64,000 nucleotides of DNA from an uncultured Candidatus Saccharibacteria bacterium (GTDB taxonomy: Bacteria; Patescibacteriota; Andersenbacteria; UBA10190). A model generated the notes under the pieces. It was not told the DNA's origin. It did not search any database and worked only from the letters and a program-made list of their open reading frames with translations. The position numbers and the translations under genes were made by a program. The stretch is from positions 21,993 through 85,992 of the forward strand of contig CAYHTZ010000003.1 in NCBI GenBank assembly GCA_964359735.1. The letters are read 5' to 3'. Below, one piece after another: positions 37,342 to 47,272 of this stretch (positions are counted from its first letter, which is position 1; each line of letters begins with the position of its first letter).

Positions 37342-38109
37342 ATGAGGCTACGCGGAAAAATACTCGTTGGTATTTTAGCAATCCTTATCGCGGGGCTGGC
37401 CGCACTGCAAGCACCAGTCCTGACACGGGTCAGGGGCTTGGCCTGGGATGGGTGGGTGGGGAGTACCGGCTACCTATTTTCAGCGGGAGAGACTGAGGTT
37501 TCACCGGATGTCCTATCCCAACTCGGGGAACTGCGGGCGGAGAACGTGAGGCTCTCGGCTACGCTCATGCGCTTTCAGCGGCTCGAACGCCAGTTGGGAG
37601 AAATAACGCTGCGAAATTTTACGGCTATTCCGGCCTTGGTGGGCTCACAAACTTCAGACACCTTCCGTTCCCAGTACTTTCTCAACCGCGGGGCTCTGGA
37701 TGGCGTTACCCTCCACGCCCCCGTGGTCACTCAGGGCTCAGTGCTGGTGGGTACAGTGGCTGAGCTTTCTCCCAGGAGTTCAGTGGTCCAGCTGCTGCTT
37801 CACCCGGCGACGAGCATTCCGGTCGAGGTGGTGCTCCCCGATGAGGAAAAGGGGATCACACGAGGGTTAGTACAAGGGCAGTCGTACACAGGCATTCTCT
37901 TAACCACGGTGCCCCGGGACAAGGAACTGTCGACAGGAGCCGCGGTGGTGACCAGCGCTCACGAAGACGGTTTTCCCTACGGACTTACAGTCGGCACCGT
38001 CGCAAAAATCCAAAGCACGGAACGAGACGCCTACCAAAGCGCCTCTCTGGATTTACCGTACGACCCTGATGCGCTTGAAGCCGTCCAGGTTTTAATACCA
38101 TTCAAGTGA
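37342..38109 (+). CDS. mreC: Rod shape-determining protein MreC
   Basis: TM plus coiled coil (LRAENVRL), LNRGALDGV, LVGTV, FPYGLTVG; follows mreB. Confidence 0.85.
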   Translation: MRLRGKILVGILAILIAGLAALQAPVLTRVRGLAWDGWVGSTGYLFSAGETEVSPDVLSQLGELRAENVRLSATLMRFQRLERQLGEITLRNFTAIPALVGSQTSDTFRSQYFLNRGALDGVTLHAPVVTQGSVLVGTVAELSPRSSVVQLLLHPATSIPVEVVLPDEEKGITRGLVQGQSYTGILLTTVPRDKELSTGAAVVTSAHEDGFPYGLTVGTVAKIQSTERDAYQSASLDLPYDPDALEAVQVLIPFK

Positions 38110-38110
38110 T

Positions 38111-38569
38111 ATGGCGGGACGTACCCCATGGTGGTTCTGGCTGGCAGCTCTCATCGCTACCTGGTGGATCCCTTTTGTCTTGCTGATGGCGGTTATTCTT
38201 ACATACACGGCTACTCACCCGCGGCGTTGGCTCGTGGTGTTGGCAATTCTCGGAGAACTCTTGACTGCATTGCCGTTGGGAATTGTATCGTGCGTTATAT
38301 TTACTCCTCTCTTAATGCAGCGTCTTTTACCTTCGGAGAAAAGTTTCCCCTCGTTCTCTCTTTTGGGCATTCTTTTCCTCACGATTACTGTCCAGTATCT
38401 TATCTTGGGAAGTTTTGATTTGGGATCGGCCATTGTGCGCGAGGGTGTGGGGACAGCCGAGCGTTACATACCGTACCTGCCGCTTGCTACTGGTATCGTG
38501 AGCGCCACGCTGGCGGCTTTCGTGCTTTTTTCTTCGCGGGCACTGGCGCGCGCGAACAGAATGCCATGA
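38111..38569 (+). CDS. mreD: MreD-like membrane protein
   Basis: Small, very hydrophobic, between mreC and PBP2; call rests mainly on position. Confidence 0.6.
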   Translation: MAGRTPWWFWLAALIATWWIPFVLLMAVILTYTATHPRRWLVVLAILGELLTALPLGIVSCVIFTPLLMQRLLPSEKSFPSFSLLGILFLTITVQYLILGSFDLGSAIVREGVGTAERYIPYLPLATGIVSATLAAFVLFSSRALARANRMP

Positions 38570-40356
38570 TGTTTGATGATGACGTGATTGTAGCCCCTGA
38601 CAGGCTACCCTCCGCTAGGGTACCGCCGCGCTTCTGGGTACTGAGTGCGAGTATGGGAGTGGTACTCGCCCTGCTGGTGGGGAGAAGCTTTACGTTGCAA
38701 ATTCTGCGGGGAGAAGATTTTCGCAGAACCGCTGAAGGCAACCGCGTGGCGGCCCTGCCCATTGCGGCCCCCCGCGGCATTCTGTACGACGCCAGCGGGA
38801 AGGCATTGACAGAAAACATTGCCAGCACGGATGTTCTCCTGGACCCCTCCACCCTTCCGGCAGAGGAAGACGAGGCCTACCTTCTCGAAAAGATTCCTGC
38901 TCTGCTTTCTGGAATTACTCCTGAGGCTGTGAGGGAGGGAATCCACCGAGCCAGGGAGCTTAAGCGCCCCGTTGTTCTCAAGAAAGCTGCTTCACATATG
39001 GAGGTGCTGGCCCTGGAAGCAGCGCAGCAGGAGATCGCCGGTGTGCGGCTGGTATCGGCGCTCGTACGTAAATACCCCTATGGTGAAGACTTGGCCCACG
39101 TGGTTGGATATACCGGGGCGGTTACAGCCGAGGAGCTGGAGAGGAACCCAAGTCTCTTGCCGATTGACACCACTGGTAAAATAGGCCTCGAAAAAACATA
39201 CGAGGATAGCCTTAGGGGAAGGCCAGGCTATGTGTATTCCGAGGTCAATGCGGCAGGCAGGCCGCAGAAAGACCTCGGCAGACAGCAGCCGACGGCGGGA
39301 AAAGATCTCGCACTCACGATTGATGTAGAATTGCAACAATTTATCGCTGGGCAGCTCCGGGACGGGAAGCGGCAGGGAGCAGTCGTGGTGCTTGATCCTC
39401 GAGATGGAGCTATCAAAGCATTGGTAAGTTTTCCTACGTTTGATCCTAATGTATTCTCCCAGCCCGGGCAGGGGGAGGCAGCCGCGTCAGCCACGAACGA
39501 ACCTTCGCAGCCTTTATTTAACCGGGCGTTAGCCGGCGCCTACCCGCCAGGTTCGACTATTAAACCTTTTTTGGCAGTCGGGGGGCTCGCGGAAGGCGTG
39601 ATAGATGAGCAAACCACCGTGCTCTCGAGCGGAGGTATTCGGATAGGGCAGTGGTATTTCCCCGATTGGAAGGCAAGCGGACACGGCAGTACCGATGTAA
39701 AAAAGGCGATTGCCGAATCCGTTAACACCTTCTTTTACTTGTTGGCCGGCGGAGACGAGACACGAACGGGGCTAGGGGTTGAGCGGGCAACCGAGTACTT
39801 GGGGCTGTTCGGCTGGGGGAGTACTCCTGAAATTGACCTCCCGGGTGCGGAAGATGGATTCCTACCGTCAAAAGCTTGGAAAGAAAAAACAAAGGGAGAG
39901 CGCTGGTACATTGGAGATACCTACCACTTGGGCATCGGGCAGGGAGGTGTTTTGGTTACCCCCTTACAACTGGCCGACTCCACCGCCGCCATTGCCAATG
40001 GCACTCACTCGATACAGCCTCATTTGAGCAGCGACGTCACGGGGAAGAGAAAGCGCCTGCCATTTCACGCAGAGCACATAACGATCGTACGCGAGGGGAT
40101 GCGTCAAACAGTGACGGAGGGTTCAGGCAGGCGTCTCTCCAGTTTCCCGGTAGCAATAGCGGGGAAAACAGGCACGGCGCAGGTAGGCGGTACTGATAAA
40201 ACTCACGCCTGGTTCACTAGTTTTGGGCCGTACGAGGAACCACAGCTGGTGATAACAGTCCTGCTTGAGTATGCCGGCGAAGGCGATGATGAAGCAGTGC
40301 CATTTACGGAAACTATCTGGCGGTGGTGGCTCGAAAACCGCCATGTAGCACGCTGA
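38566..40356 (+). CDS. mrdA: Penicillin-binding protein 2
   Basis: APRGILYD, RKYPYG, STIK (SxxK), SVN (SxN), KTG. Confidence 0.93.
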   Translation: MMFDDDVIVAPDRLPSARVPPRFWVLSASMGVVLALLVGRSFTLQILRGEDFRRTAEGNRVAALPIAAPRGILYDASGKALTENIASTDVLLDPSTLPAEEDEAYLLEKIPALLSGITPEAVREGIHRARELKRPVVLKKAASHMEVLALEAAQQEIAGVRLVSALVRKYPYGEDLAHVVGYTGAVTAEELERNPSLLPIDTTGKIGLEKTYEDSLRGRPGYVYSEVNAAGRPQKDLGRQQPTAGKDLALTIDVELQQFIAGQLRDGKRQGAVVVLDPRDGAIKALVSFPTFDPNVFSQPGQGEAAASATNEPSQPLFNRALAGAYPPGSTIKPFLAVGGLAEGVIDEQTTVLSSGGIRIGQWYFPDWKASGHGSTDVKKAIAESVNTFFYLLAGGDETRTGLGVERATEYLGLFGWGSTPEIDLPGAEDGFLPSKAWKEKTKGERWYIGDTYHLGIGQGGVLVTPLQLADSTAAIANGTHSIQPHLSSDVTGKRKRLPFHAEHITIVREGMRQTVTEGSGRRLSSFPVAIAGKTGTAQVGGTDKTHAWFTSFGPYEEPQLVITVLLEYAGEGDDEAVPFTETIWRWWLENRHVAR

Positions 40357-40450
40357 GGTGTCAAATTTTTATGACAAGGCTGTGAACAACCCTGCTTGAC
40401 CGAGTAATCCCGGCTACCTACACTGCAAGACACTAAAATTAAATCATCCT

Positions 40451-40909
40451 ATGAAAGACCGGTACCTTACCAAGGAGGGGTTATCTGATCTCAAAACGAA
40501 GCTTCAAGTCTTGAAGACTGAGCGAAGGCGCGAGATTGCTGAGGCTATTCACACAGCCAAGGAGCAGGGAGATCTTTCGGAAAATGCTGAGTACGTGAGT
40601 GCGAAAGAAGAACAGCGAAGGTTAGAGGAAGAAATTGCAGAACTCGAGGCGACGGTTAAGCATGCTAAGCTGATTACCAAATCAAGTGATCTGGCGCACG
40701 TGGACTTGGGCGATACCGTGACACTCCAGTGCAACGGCCTGGAAAAGACATACGTGATTGTAGGGTCTGATGAAGCTAACCCGTTGGAGGGGAAAATCAG
40801 CAACGAGTCTCCAATGGGCCAAGCCCTTTTGGGTAAGCAGAGAGGAGAGATAGTAAAGATCCCAACACCCGTGGGAGAGAAGGACTGCGAAATAGTAGGG
40901 ATCAGCTGA
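40451..40909 (+). CDS. greA: Transcription elongation factor GreA
   Basis: GDLSENAEY, ISNESPMGQAL. Confidence 0.96.
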   Translation: MKDRYLTKEGLSDLKTKLQVLKTERRREIAEAIHTAKEQGDLSENAEYVSAKEEQRRLEEEIAELEATVKHAKLITKSSDLAHVDLGDTVTLQCNGLEKTYVIVGSDEANPLEGKISNESPMGQALLGKQRGEIVKIPTPVGEKDCEIVGIS

Positions 40910-40919
40910 CGCGGATCAA

Positions 40920-40989
40920 GAAAATAGAAATTGGAAATTGAGAAAATAGGGGTTGCCAATCTCTATTTTCTATTTTCTGTTTTCTATTT
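40920..40989. repeat. Inverted arrays of degenerate heptamers (GAAAATA-like, then CTATTTT-like) forming a long AT-rich hairpin
   Basis: AAAATAG AAATTGG AAATTGA GAAAATAG ... CTATTTT CTATTTT CTGTTTT CTATTT. Confidence 0.75.
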
Positions 40990-41000
40990 ACTCTTACATC

Positions 41001-42476
41001 ATGGCTGAAGAGCGCCTAGAGGAAATACGCGAGGCCAGGCTCGAAGCCCGCCGGCAACTGCTTGAGGCGGGTCTTCCCCCGTATCCAGCTGAGGTACGCC
41101 GCACGCACACCTTGCGGGAAGTTCATGATGCCTTCGCCAAGCTCCTGAAAGACAACCCTTCGCTGATGGTGCTGGGAAGAGTTACGAGTATGCGTAAGCA
41201 TGGAGCAGTGGTGTTTCTGGACCTGACCGATGCCTCAGGCACCCTGCAGTTACAAGTCACGCGCGGCGAGGTGGAGTCAGAAATTTTTGACCGACTGGAA
41301 CTCCTCGATACAGGAGATTGGATCCAAGCGGTGGGCAAAGCGGTAAAGACGCAGCGGGGGGTTAAAACACTGCTGGTGCAAGCCTGGCATATCGTCAGCA
41401 AGGCGATCCGGCCCCTGCCTTCGCAGTGGTATGGGCTGCGCGACCATGAGAAGCGGTACCGAGAGCGGGAAGTGGATCTCTTGCTCAACCCGGAGGTGCG
41501 GCGAACATTCGAAATGAGAAGCAACATTATCCGCTGGGTCCGGGAGTTCATGCACACTGAAGGGTACACGGAAGTGGAAACGCCTGTGCTCTCGCACCAA
41601 GCCGGAGGAGCGGCGGCGCGGCCGTTTCAGACCCATCACAACGCCTTGAACATGCCGCTGTATCTCCGGATCGCCACGGAAATCCACCTGAAACGCTTGC
41701 TGGTGGATGGATTTGAAAAAGTCTTTGAACTGGGCGTGCGCTTTCGCAACGAAGGCATGGACCGTCAGCACAACCCTGAGTTTACAATGCTGGAGTCGCA
41801 ATGGGCCTACGCAGACTACGAAGACCTCATGGATTTTACCGAAGAAGCCCTCTACCGGCTGACGACTGAACTCTTGGGCACGAGCGAGGTCACCTGGCAG
41901 GGAAAAGCCCTTTCATTCCAGAGACCATTTACGCGAGTCCGCTACGTCGATGTCGTGAGCAAGCGGATCGGCGTGGATATCTTGAAGGAAAAAAACACGG
42001 ATGTATACGTCAAGATTTTTGAAAAAGAGAAACTGCCCTTACCAGAAGTTACCACCTACTACCAACTCGTGGATGAACTCTATAAAGAGTTGATCCGCCC
42101 CACGCTCATCCAACCTACCATTGTCTACGATTACCCCGCAGAAATGGTGCCGCTGGCGAAGCGCAGTCTCACCGACCCAAGAATCGCGGAAAAATTCCAA
42201 ACTCTGGCGGCGGGGATGGAACTGAATAACTGTTACACCGAACTCAACGACCCGGTGTTGCAACGCGAAGCGTTCGAAGAGCAAATGAAAGCGCGCGCAG
42301 CAGGGGACAGCGAGGCCCAAGAAATTGACGAGGAATACTTGCGCGCGATGGAATATGGCATACCGCCGAATGCAGGTTGGAGTCTGGGAATTGACCGCGT
42401 GGTGATGCTTCTCACCGATTCTCCCAGTATCCGTGATGTAATTTTATTCCCGCTCTTAAAGCCTGACAATGATTGA
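41001..42476 (+). CDS. lysS: Lysine--tRNA ligase (class II)
   Basis: [40 protein letters not shown]. Confidence 0.97.
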   Translation: MAEERLEEIREARLEARRQLLEAGLPPYPAEVRRTHTLREVHDAFAKLLKDNPSLMVLGRVTSMRKHGAVVFLDLTDASGTLQLQVTRGEVESEIFDRLELLDTGDWIQAVGKAVKTQRGVKTLLVQAWHIVSKAIRPLPSQWYGLRDHEKRYREREVDLLLNPEVRRTFEMRSNIIRWVREFMHTEGYTEVETPVLSHQAGGAAARPFQTHHNALNMPLYLRIATEIHLKRLLVDGFEKVFELGVRFRNEGMDRQHNPEFTMLESQWAYADYEDLMDFTEEALYRLTTELLGTSEVTWQGKALSFQRPFTRVRYVDVVSKRIGVDILKEKNTDVYVKIFEKEKLPLPEVTTYYQLVDELYKELIRPTLIQPTIVYDYPAEMVPLAKRSLTDPRIAEKFQTLAAGMELNNCYTELNDPVLQREAFEEQMKARAAGDSEAQEIDEEYLRAMEYGIPPNAGWSLGIDRVVMLLTDSPSIRDVILFPLLKPDND

Positions 42477-43773
42477 TATTGAAATCATCCGGCGGGAGAA
42501 GAGCCGTGTGCAGGAAGCTGCTAGAAATAAGAACGTTACGGTTGACCTTGACCGGCTGCTCAAACTAGACGAGAAGCGTCGAGAACTTGCCCAAGGAGTT
42601 GCGAGTGTCGAGCAAAAACGCAATAAAGTGGCCAAGGCGGGGCAGGGGGGCAGACCGAGCGTTGAAGCAATTGCTCAAGGCAAAGAATTAAAAGAGGAGG
42701 TTGCCCGCCTTCAGGCGCAACTCGAGGAAATAGAGAAAGAGCTCGCACCTTTACTTGAAGCAGTACCAAACATTCCGAGCGAGGACACCCCGATCGGGAA
42801 AGATGAATCGGCGAATGTTGTCGTACGGCACGTGGGGAAGGTGCCCACATTTGATTTTCAGCCTAAAGAGCACTGGGAACTAGGGGAGGCTCTAGGAATT
42901 ATTGATATAGAGACGGCTGCGAACATATCCGGTTCTAGGTTTTACTACCTCAAGGGTGAGCTCGTTTGGCTCGAACTTGCGCTTATTCAGCATGCATTTC
43001 GTGTACTCACAGATACAAACACTCTGCGCAGTATTGCTGAGAAAGCAGGGGTACGTGTTCCAGTAACGCCCTTTCTGCCGGTACTGCCGCCGGTCTTAAT
43101 GAAGTCTGAGGTTATGCAGAAAATGGCACGGCTTGAACCGCGTGAGCAACGTTACCATACACCGACAGATGACCTGTACCTCGTGGGTAGCGCGGAGCAC
43201 ACGCTTGGACCTATGCACATGGGTCACACCTTTCGCGAGGAAGATCTACCCCGACGGTACGTAGGTTTCTCGACCGCTTTCCGCCGAGAGGCGGGCACGT
43301 ATGGAAAGGATACGCGCGGGATCCTACGTGTCCACCAGTTCGACAAGGTGGAGCTAGAATCCTTCACTCTGCCTGAGACAGGCGTGGCAGAGCAGGATTT
43401 TATGGTGGCAATTCAGGAGCATCTTATGCAGTCTCTCGGTGTTGCCTACCAAGTTGTCTTGAAGTGCACCGCCGATATGGGCACCCCTAATGCGCGGGGG
43501 ATTGATATCGAAACATGGCTGCCTGGACAAAATCGATACCGCGAGACTCACTCAGCCGACTACATGTCTGACTACCAGGCGCGTCGGCTTAATACGAAGG
43601 TCAAGAGGGCCAGCGGGAAGAAGGAGCTGGTACACATGAATGACGCCACCGTGTTCGCGATTGGGCGCACGCTCATTGCCGTTATGGAAAACTATCAGCT
43701 GCCCGACGGCTCAATTGCTGTGCCAGAAGTTTTAAAACCTTACGTTCCATTCGAGCGAATTGCACGTACGTGA
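42469..43773 (+). CDS. serS: Serine--tRNA ligase
   Basis: [35 protein letters not shown]. Confidence 0.97.
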   Translation: MIDIEIIRREKSRVQEAARNKNVTVDLDRLLKLDEKRRELAQGVASVEQKRNKVAKAGQGGRPSVEAIAQGKELKEEVARLQAQLEEIEKELAPLLEAVPNIPSEDTPIGKDESANVVVRHVGKVPTFDFQPKEHWELGEALGIIDIETAANISGSRFYYLKGELVWLELALIQHAFRVLTDTNTLRSIAEKAGVRVPVTPFLPVLPPVLMKSEVMQKMARLEPREQRYHTPTDDLYLVGSAEHTLGPMHMGHTFREEDLPRRYVGFSTAFRREAGTYGKDTRGILRVHQFDKVELESFTLPETGVAEQDFMVAIQEHLMQSLGVAYQVVLKCTADMGTPNARGIDIETWLPGQNRYRETHSADYMSDYQARRLNTKVKRASGKKELVHMNDATVFAIGRTLIAVMENYQLPDGSIAVPEVLKPYVPFERIART

Positions 43774-43793
43774 GTACGTGAGATACTGACTCC

Positions 43794-44681
43794 ATGCGGC
43801 TTACCTTCCTCTGGAAAAGGGTTTTAACGTACGTACCGTCAGTTTTCTTAGGACTGCTTATCGCCGTGCCGGTCTTCAGCTTGGTTTGGTTTGTGCTTTT
43901 TACCGACACCTTCACGGTGCAAACTGTCACTGTTGTAGATGCACGACCGCAGACGGTGGAGCAAATTATGGGTGTGGCCCAGCGCATGCAAGGGAAGAAT
44001 ATCTTGTTTTTGCAAACTGATATTCTGGAGCAGCAAATTCTTACCGAACTGGCGCAAGTACGCATCGTCCATGCCGCGCGTAAACTCCCGGGAACTCTTA
44101 AGCTCGTGATTCAAGAAAAAACACCACAGGCGTTGCTGTTGGCATCGTCTACGTATTACTTCCTCGATGAAGGAGGCACAGCCTACGAAGAAGCGCGCCT
44201 CGACACCTTGCCGGGGGTGGTGCTGCCTACACTAAAAGTGAGCGGCGGCGAGGCTACCGTCACGATTGGGACGCAAGTGGTAGAGCCAGCCTTCATTCAG
44301 TTCGTTGAGCACGTGCAAACAGAGCTGCCGAACTTGGTGGCCGCCCAAGTGGTGGAAATCCGCATTCCCTCTCTCTCCGCTCGGGAAGTTCACTTTTCTT
44401 TAAGTAACAACTGGGAAGTGCGATTTGATAGCACCCGGGGAGCACAGTCTCAGCTCAACGTGCTTCGTCAGCTCATTACCAGCACCATACCTCCGGCAGA
44501 ACAGCAAACTTTAGAGTATATCGATTTGCGCATTCCTCAGCGTGTCTACTACAAGTCGAGAGGCAAGGCGGCTACTCCCGCTGCCACTGCGACACCATCA
44601 CCTCGCCCTGATGCGGAAACACCTCCTGATACTTCTCCTCGCGAGTCCGCTCCCACGGAGGCGGAAGCACAAGGGGAGTAG
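43794..44681 (+). CDS. FtsQ/DivIB-like POTRA domain protein
   Basis: TM, RKLPGTLKLVIQEKTP, YIDLRIPQRVYY; Pro/Ala-rich tail. Confidence 0.75.
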   Translation: MRLTFLWKRVLTYVPSVFLGLLIAVPVFSLVWFVLFTDTFTVQTVTVVDARPQTVEQIMGVAQRMQGKNILFLQTDILEQQILTELAQVRIVHAARKLPGTLKLVIQEKTPQALLLASSTYYFLDEGGTAYEEARLDTLPGVVLPTLKVSGGEATVTIGTQVVEPAFIQFVEHVQTELPNLVAAQVVEIRIPSLSAREVHFSLSNNWEVRFDSTRGAQSQLNVLRQLITSTIPPAEQQTLEYIDLRIPQRVYYKSRGKAATPAATATPSPRPDAETPPDTSPRESAPTEAEAQGE

Positions 44682-46101
44682 CGCCAAAACCAGTTGTGTC
44701 GATTACCCACAATGAATGGTCTTCGCTGGCCACTACGCTTTCCCAGGAGGCCACGTCGTCGGGCACGAGCGCCGCTACGCCAGCGTAGTGGGGCAGCGCC
44801 TTGGGATCGGCGATGAGCTTGAGAGGAGGCAGCGGCACGGCCCGGTGCCCAGCATGAAAAACGGCAGGTAAAAAAATGAAGGGCGATGAAACATACAGTT
44901 TCTCTTCAGGCTGGAGTTGATTTGCGAGAGACACTACGGCTGCCTGCAACCCGGGACGGCGCGCGATTTCAAGCTCCTGCTGGTAGGCAAGCGCGGCGGA
45001 GAGGGAGAGGACAAGGACGCAGAGCCCAAGCGTCCAAGCGAGGCCTCGCGAGCGGAACCGTGTCAAAAGAGCGGCCAAGGCTACCCCAAAAAATATGTGC
45101 GCGAAAATGAGGAAACGATCGTGATAGAGGCTTTGGCCCATCACTGATATCACAATAATGAACGCGATCGGTACGACAGTGAGCGTCGCCACGAAATAGG
45201 CAGCGGCGTGCGACCGTGACTCGCCGACAACCAGCCAGAGGAAGGCGAGGAGGGTAAGCATCAACGCAAAATAAGCCCAGCCTTTGGCTACTGGTTCAAG
45301 CGTAGGTGCCGCAAAATGATAAAATGTGGTGATAGCCGTAGTCGCACTGAATTCGGGAACCCAAAAATTACCCTGCAGGCGTTGGACTTGTTGTACGAGA
45401 GTGGGCAGCCAGGGCAAATACATGAGGGCGGCAGCGAGGAAGGCCAGGGCGGCATGGCGAGCCAAAGGTTCCCGAACCACTTCATACAAGCGGGCGCGCG
45501 TGCGGACAAACAGCATACCTACGACAAAGAGCATCTGGGCCGCGAGCGTGAGAAAACCAAAGTTATGCACGTATACAAGCATAGCGGCGAGTACGCTGTA
45601 CGCTGCCCAGCTGAGAAGCGGGCGCGCGGAAGGGTTGCGCCCGAGACTGAGACGGCATGAGCGTAGGAGCAACCAGCTGGAAAGAAGAACGAGCGCGGGA
45701 ACAAGCGTGTACATCCGTGCATCCCACGCAAAGGGAATCTGCCAGGCTGAGACAGCGGTGAACGCGGCGGCGAGAATACCTGTCTCGCGCGAACGCCAGC
45801 TTGAGGCCGCAAACAGGTACGCTGAGGCGACTGCGACTCCCGCGAAAGCTACAGAAAGAGAACGCAGGCCTAGCAGTGAAGATCCAAAGACCCAGGTCCA
45901 CGCTTTGAGCAAGAGATAGTAGAGCGGGGGATGGACATCGGCCGCCGTGCGGCTGATTATTTCTGCAACAGGGAACAGCGTGATCCGCCACGTGAAAGCT
46001 TCATCAAACCAAATACTGCGGCTCGTCAACGGGTGCACGCGCAGGGCGATGCTCCCGGCGACCACTACCAAAAGAATTGTGAGTGCAAGACGGCGAGACA
46101 T
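44572..46101 (-). CDS. GT-C (family 39/PMT-like) membrane glycosyltransferase
   Basis: SIWFDEAFT, DVHPPLYY, LRSLS, DARMY, LYHDRF; many TM segments. Confidence 0.85.
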   Translation of the reverse strand: MSRRLALTILLVVVAGSIALRVHPLTSRSIWFDEAFTWRITLFPVAEIISRTAADVHPPLYYLLLKAWTWVFGSSLLGLRSLSVAFAGVAVASAYLFAASSWRSRETGILAAAFTAVSAWQIPFAWDARMYTLVPALVLLSSWLLLRSCRLSLGRNPSARPLLSWAAYSVLAAMLVYVHNFGFLTLAAQMLFVVGMLFVRTRARLYEVVREPLARHAALAFLAAALMYLPWLPTLVQQVQRLQGNFWVPEFSATTAITTFYHFAAPTLEPVAKGWAYFALMLTLLAFLWLVVGESRSHAAAYFVATLTVVPIAFIIVISVMGQSLYHDRFLIFAHIFFGVALAALLTRFRSRGLAWTLGLCVLVLSLSAALAYQQELEIARRPGLQAAVVSLANQLQPEEKLYVSSPFIFLPAVFHAGHRAVPLPPLKLIADPKALPHYAGVAALVPDDVASWESVVASEDHSLWVIDTTGFGATPLVLPPPWERTREEKYQEVFPHQGEVMVSQWQRE

Positions 46102-46193
46102 ACGGTTTTGAGTTCTACCTTTGAAAGGTATACTATAGAGGTCAAGACAGACAAAACACAGAAAGAGCACTCAATCAAAGCACACAAACAATT

Positions 46194-46736
46194 ATGCCCC
46201 TTGATCCTAAAGCAGTTGCCCTAATCCGCCAGCGTTTGGATGAAGCCGAGCGGAATATTCAATACGCATTACGCGCGCTTGAGGAAGACCCCAATTCGCT
46301 CGCTCCTAAGGAGCTTCCCGGGGCAGGGGATGTGCCAGCCAAAGAAGAACACGTGGGAGAGCGTGTCATTGAAGGCGTGTTTGACGGGCAAAATATGCAG
46401 GGAAACGACGGCGAGGAGTACCCGGTTCCTCCCAATTACGCCTCAAAATCGAAACTGGTTGAGGGCGATGTTCTGAAACTAACGATTGGCGCTGATGGCT
46501 CGTTTATTTACAAGCAAATTGGACCGGTGGAGCGGCGGCGCGAGGTAGGTGTGCTCACGGTGGACCCCCACGGGAATTTTGGCGTGAAGGTGGGAGATCG
46601 ATGGTACAAGGTGCTGCTCGCGAGCGTCACATTTTACAAAGCTGAGGAAGGAGACGAAGTTACAATTTTGCTGCCGAAAAATGCCGAAGCACAGTGGGGC
46701 GCAGTTGAGTATGTGATTCACCAGCATGCCGGCTAG
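46194..46736 (+). CDS. Conserved hypothetical protein (CPR-type)
   Basis: EGVFDGQNM..YPVPPNYASKSKLVEGD.LKLTI..DGSFIYKQIGP, a motif I recognise from CPR genomes; function unknown. Confidence 0.7.
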   Translation: MPLDPKAVALIRQRLDEAERNIQYALRALEEDPNSLAPKELPGAGDVPAKEEHVGERVIEGVFDGQNMQGNDGEEYPVPPNYASKSKLVEGDVLKLTIGADGSFIYKQIGPVERRREVGVLTVDPHGNFGVKVGDRWYKVLLASVTFYKAEEGDEVTILLPKNAEAQWGAVEYVIHQHAG

Positions 46737-46744
46737 GCAAGTCT

Positions 46745-47263
46745 ATGGCCCATGAGACAATAATCGCACTCCTGGAGCGATACGTGCCTGAACGCTACGT
46801 GGGCTCGGCCAAGCAATTCCTGAAATTTGCGGTGGTAGGCTCGGTCGGCGCCATCGTGGATTTCGGCAGCTACAACATTATGACGCGCCTCTTCGACTGG
46901 AACACGATTTACCACGTTTTCGGCCTTCAGATTATCGCCGCCAACCTGGTGAGCGTCTTCGTGGCGATTATGTGTAATTTTCTTTTGAATAAGTATTGGA
47001 CATTCCGTAACCCGAGCAAATCTGTGCTGCAGCAGGGGGCCGGCTACTTTACGCTCAACTTCATTACCTTTGTGCTGAACCAAATTCTGACTTCTTTCTT
47101 CGCGTTTCAAGTGCCGATCGTGGGGGCGGTCTTCGGGAATCAGCGAGATAATGCAGCTAAGGTAATTTCAGTCGGCTTTATTCTCTTTATCAATTTTTTT
47201 GGCAGCAAATTCATAATCTTCCGCAAAAAGCCTGTGCAAACAGTAGAGAATTCTGTAGGGTAA
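46745..47263 (+). CDS. GtrA family membrane protein
   Basis: QFLKFAVVG, NFLLNKYWTF, four TM segments. Confidence 0.88.
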   Translation: MAHETIIALLERYVPERYVGSAKQFLKFAVVGSVGAIVDFGSYNIMTRLFDWNTIYHVFGLQIIAANLVSVFVAIMCNFLLNKYWTFRNPSKSVLQQGAGYFTLNFITFVLNQILTSFFAFQVPIVGAVFGNQRDNAAKVISVGFILFINFFGSKFIIFRKKPVQTVENSVG

Positions 47264-47272
47264 GGTTGAAAT

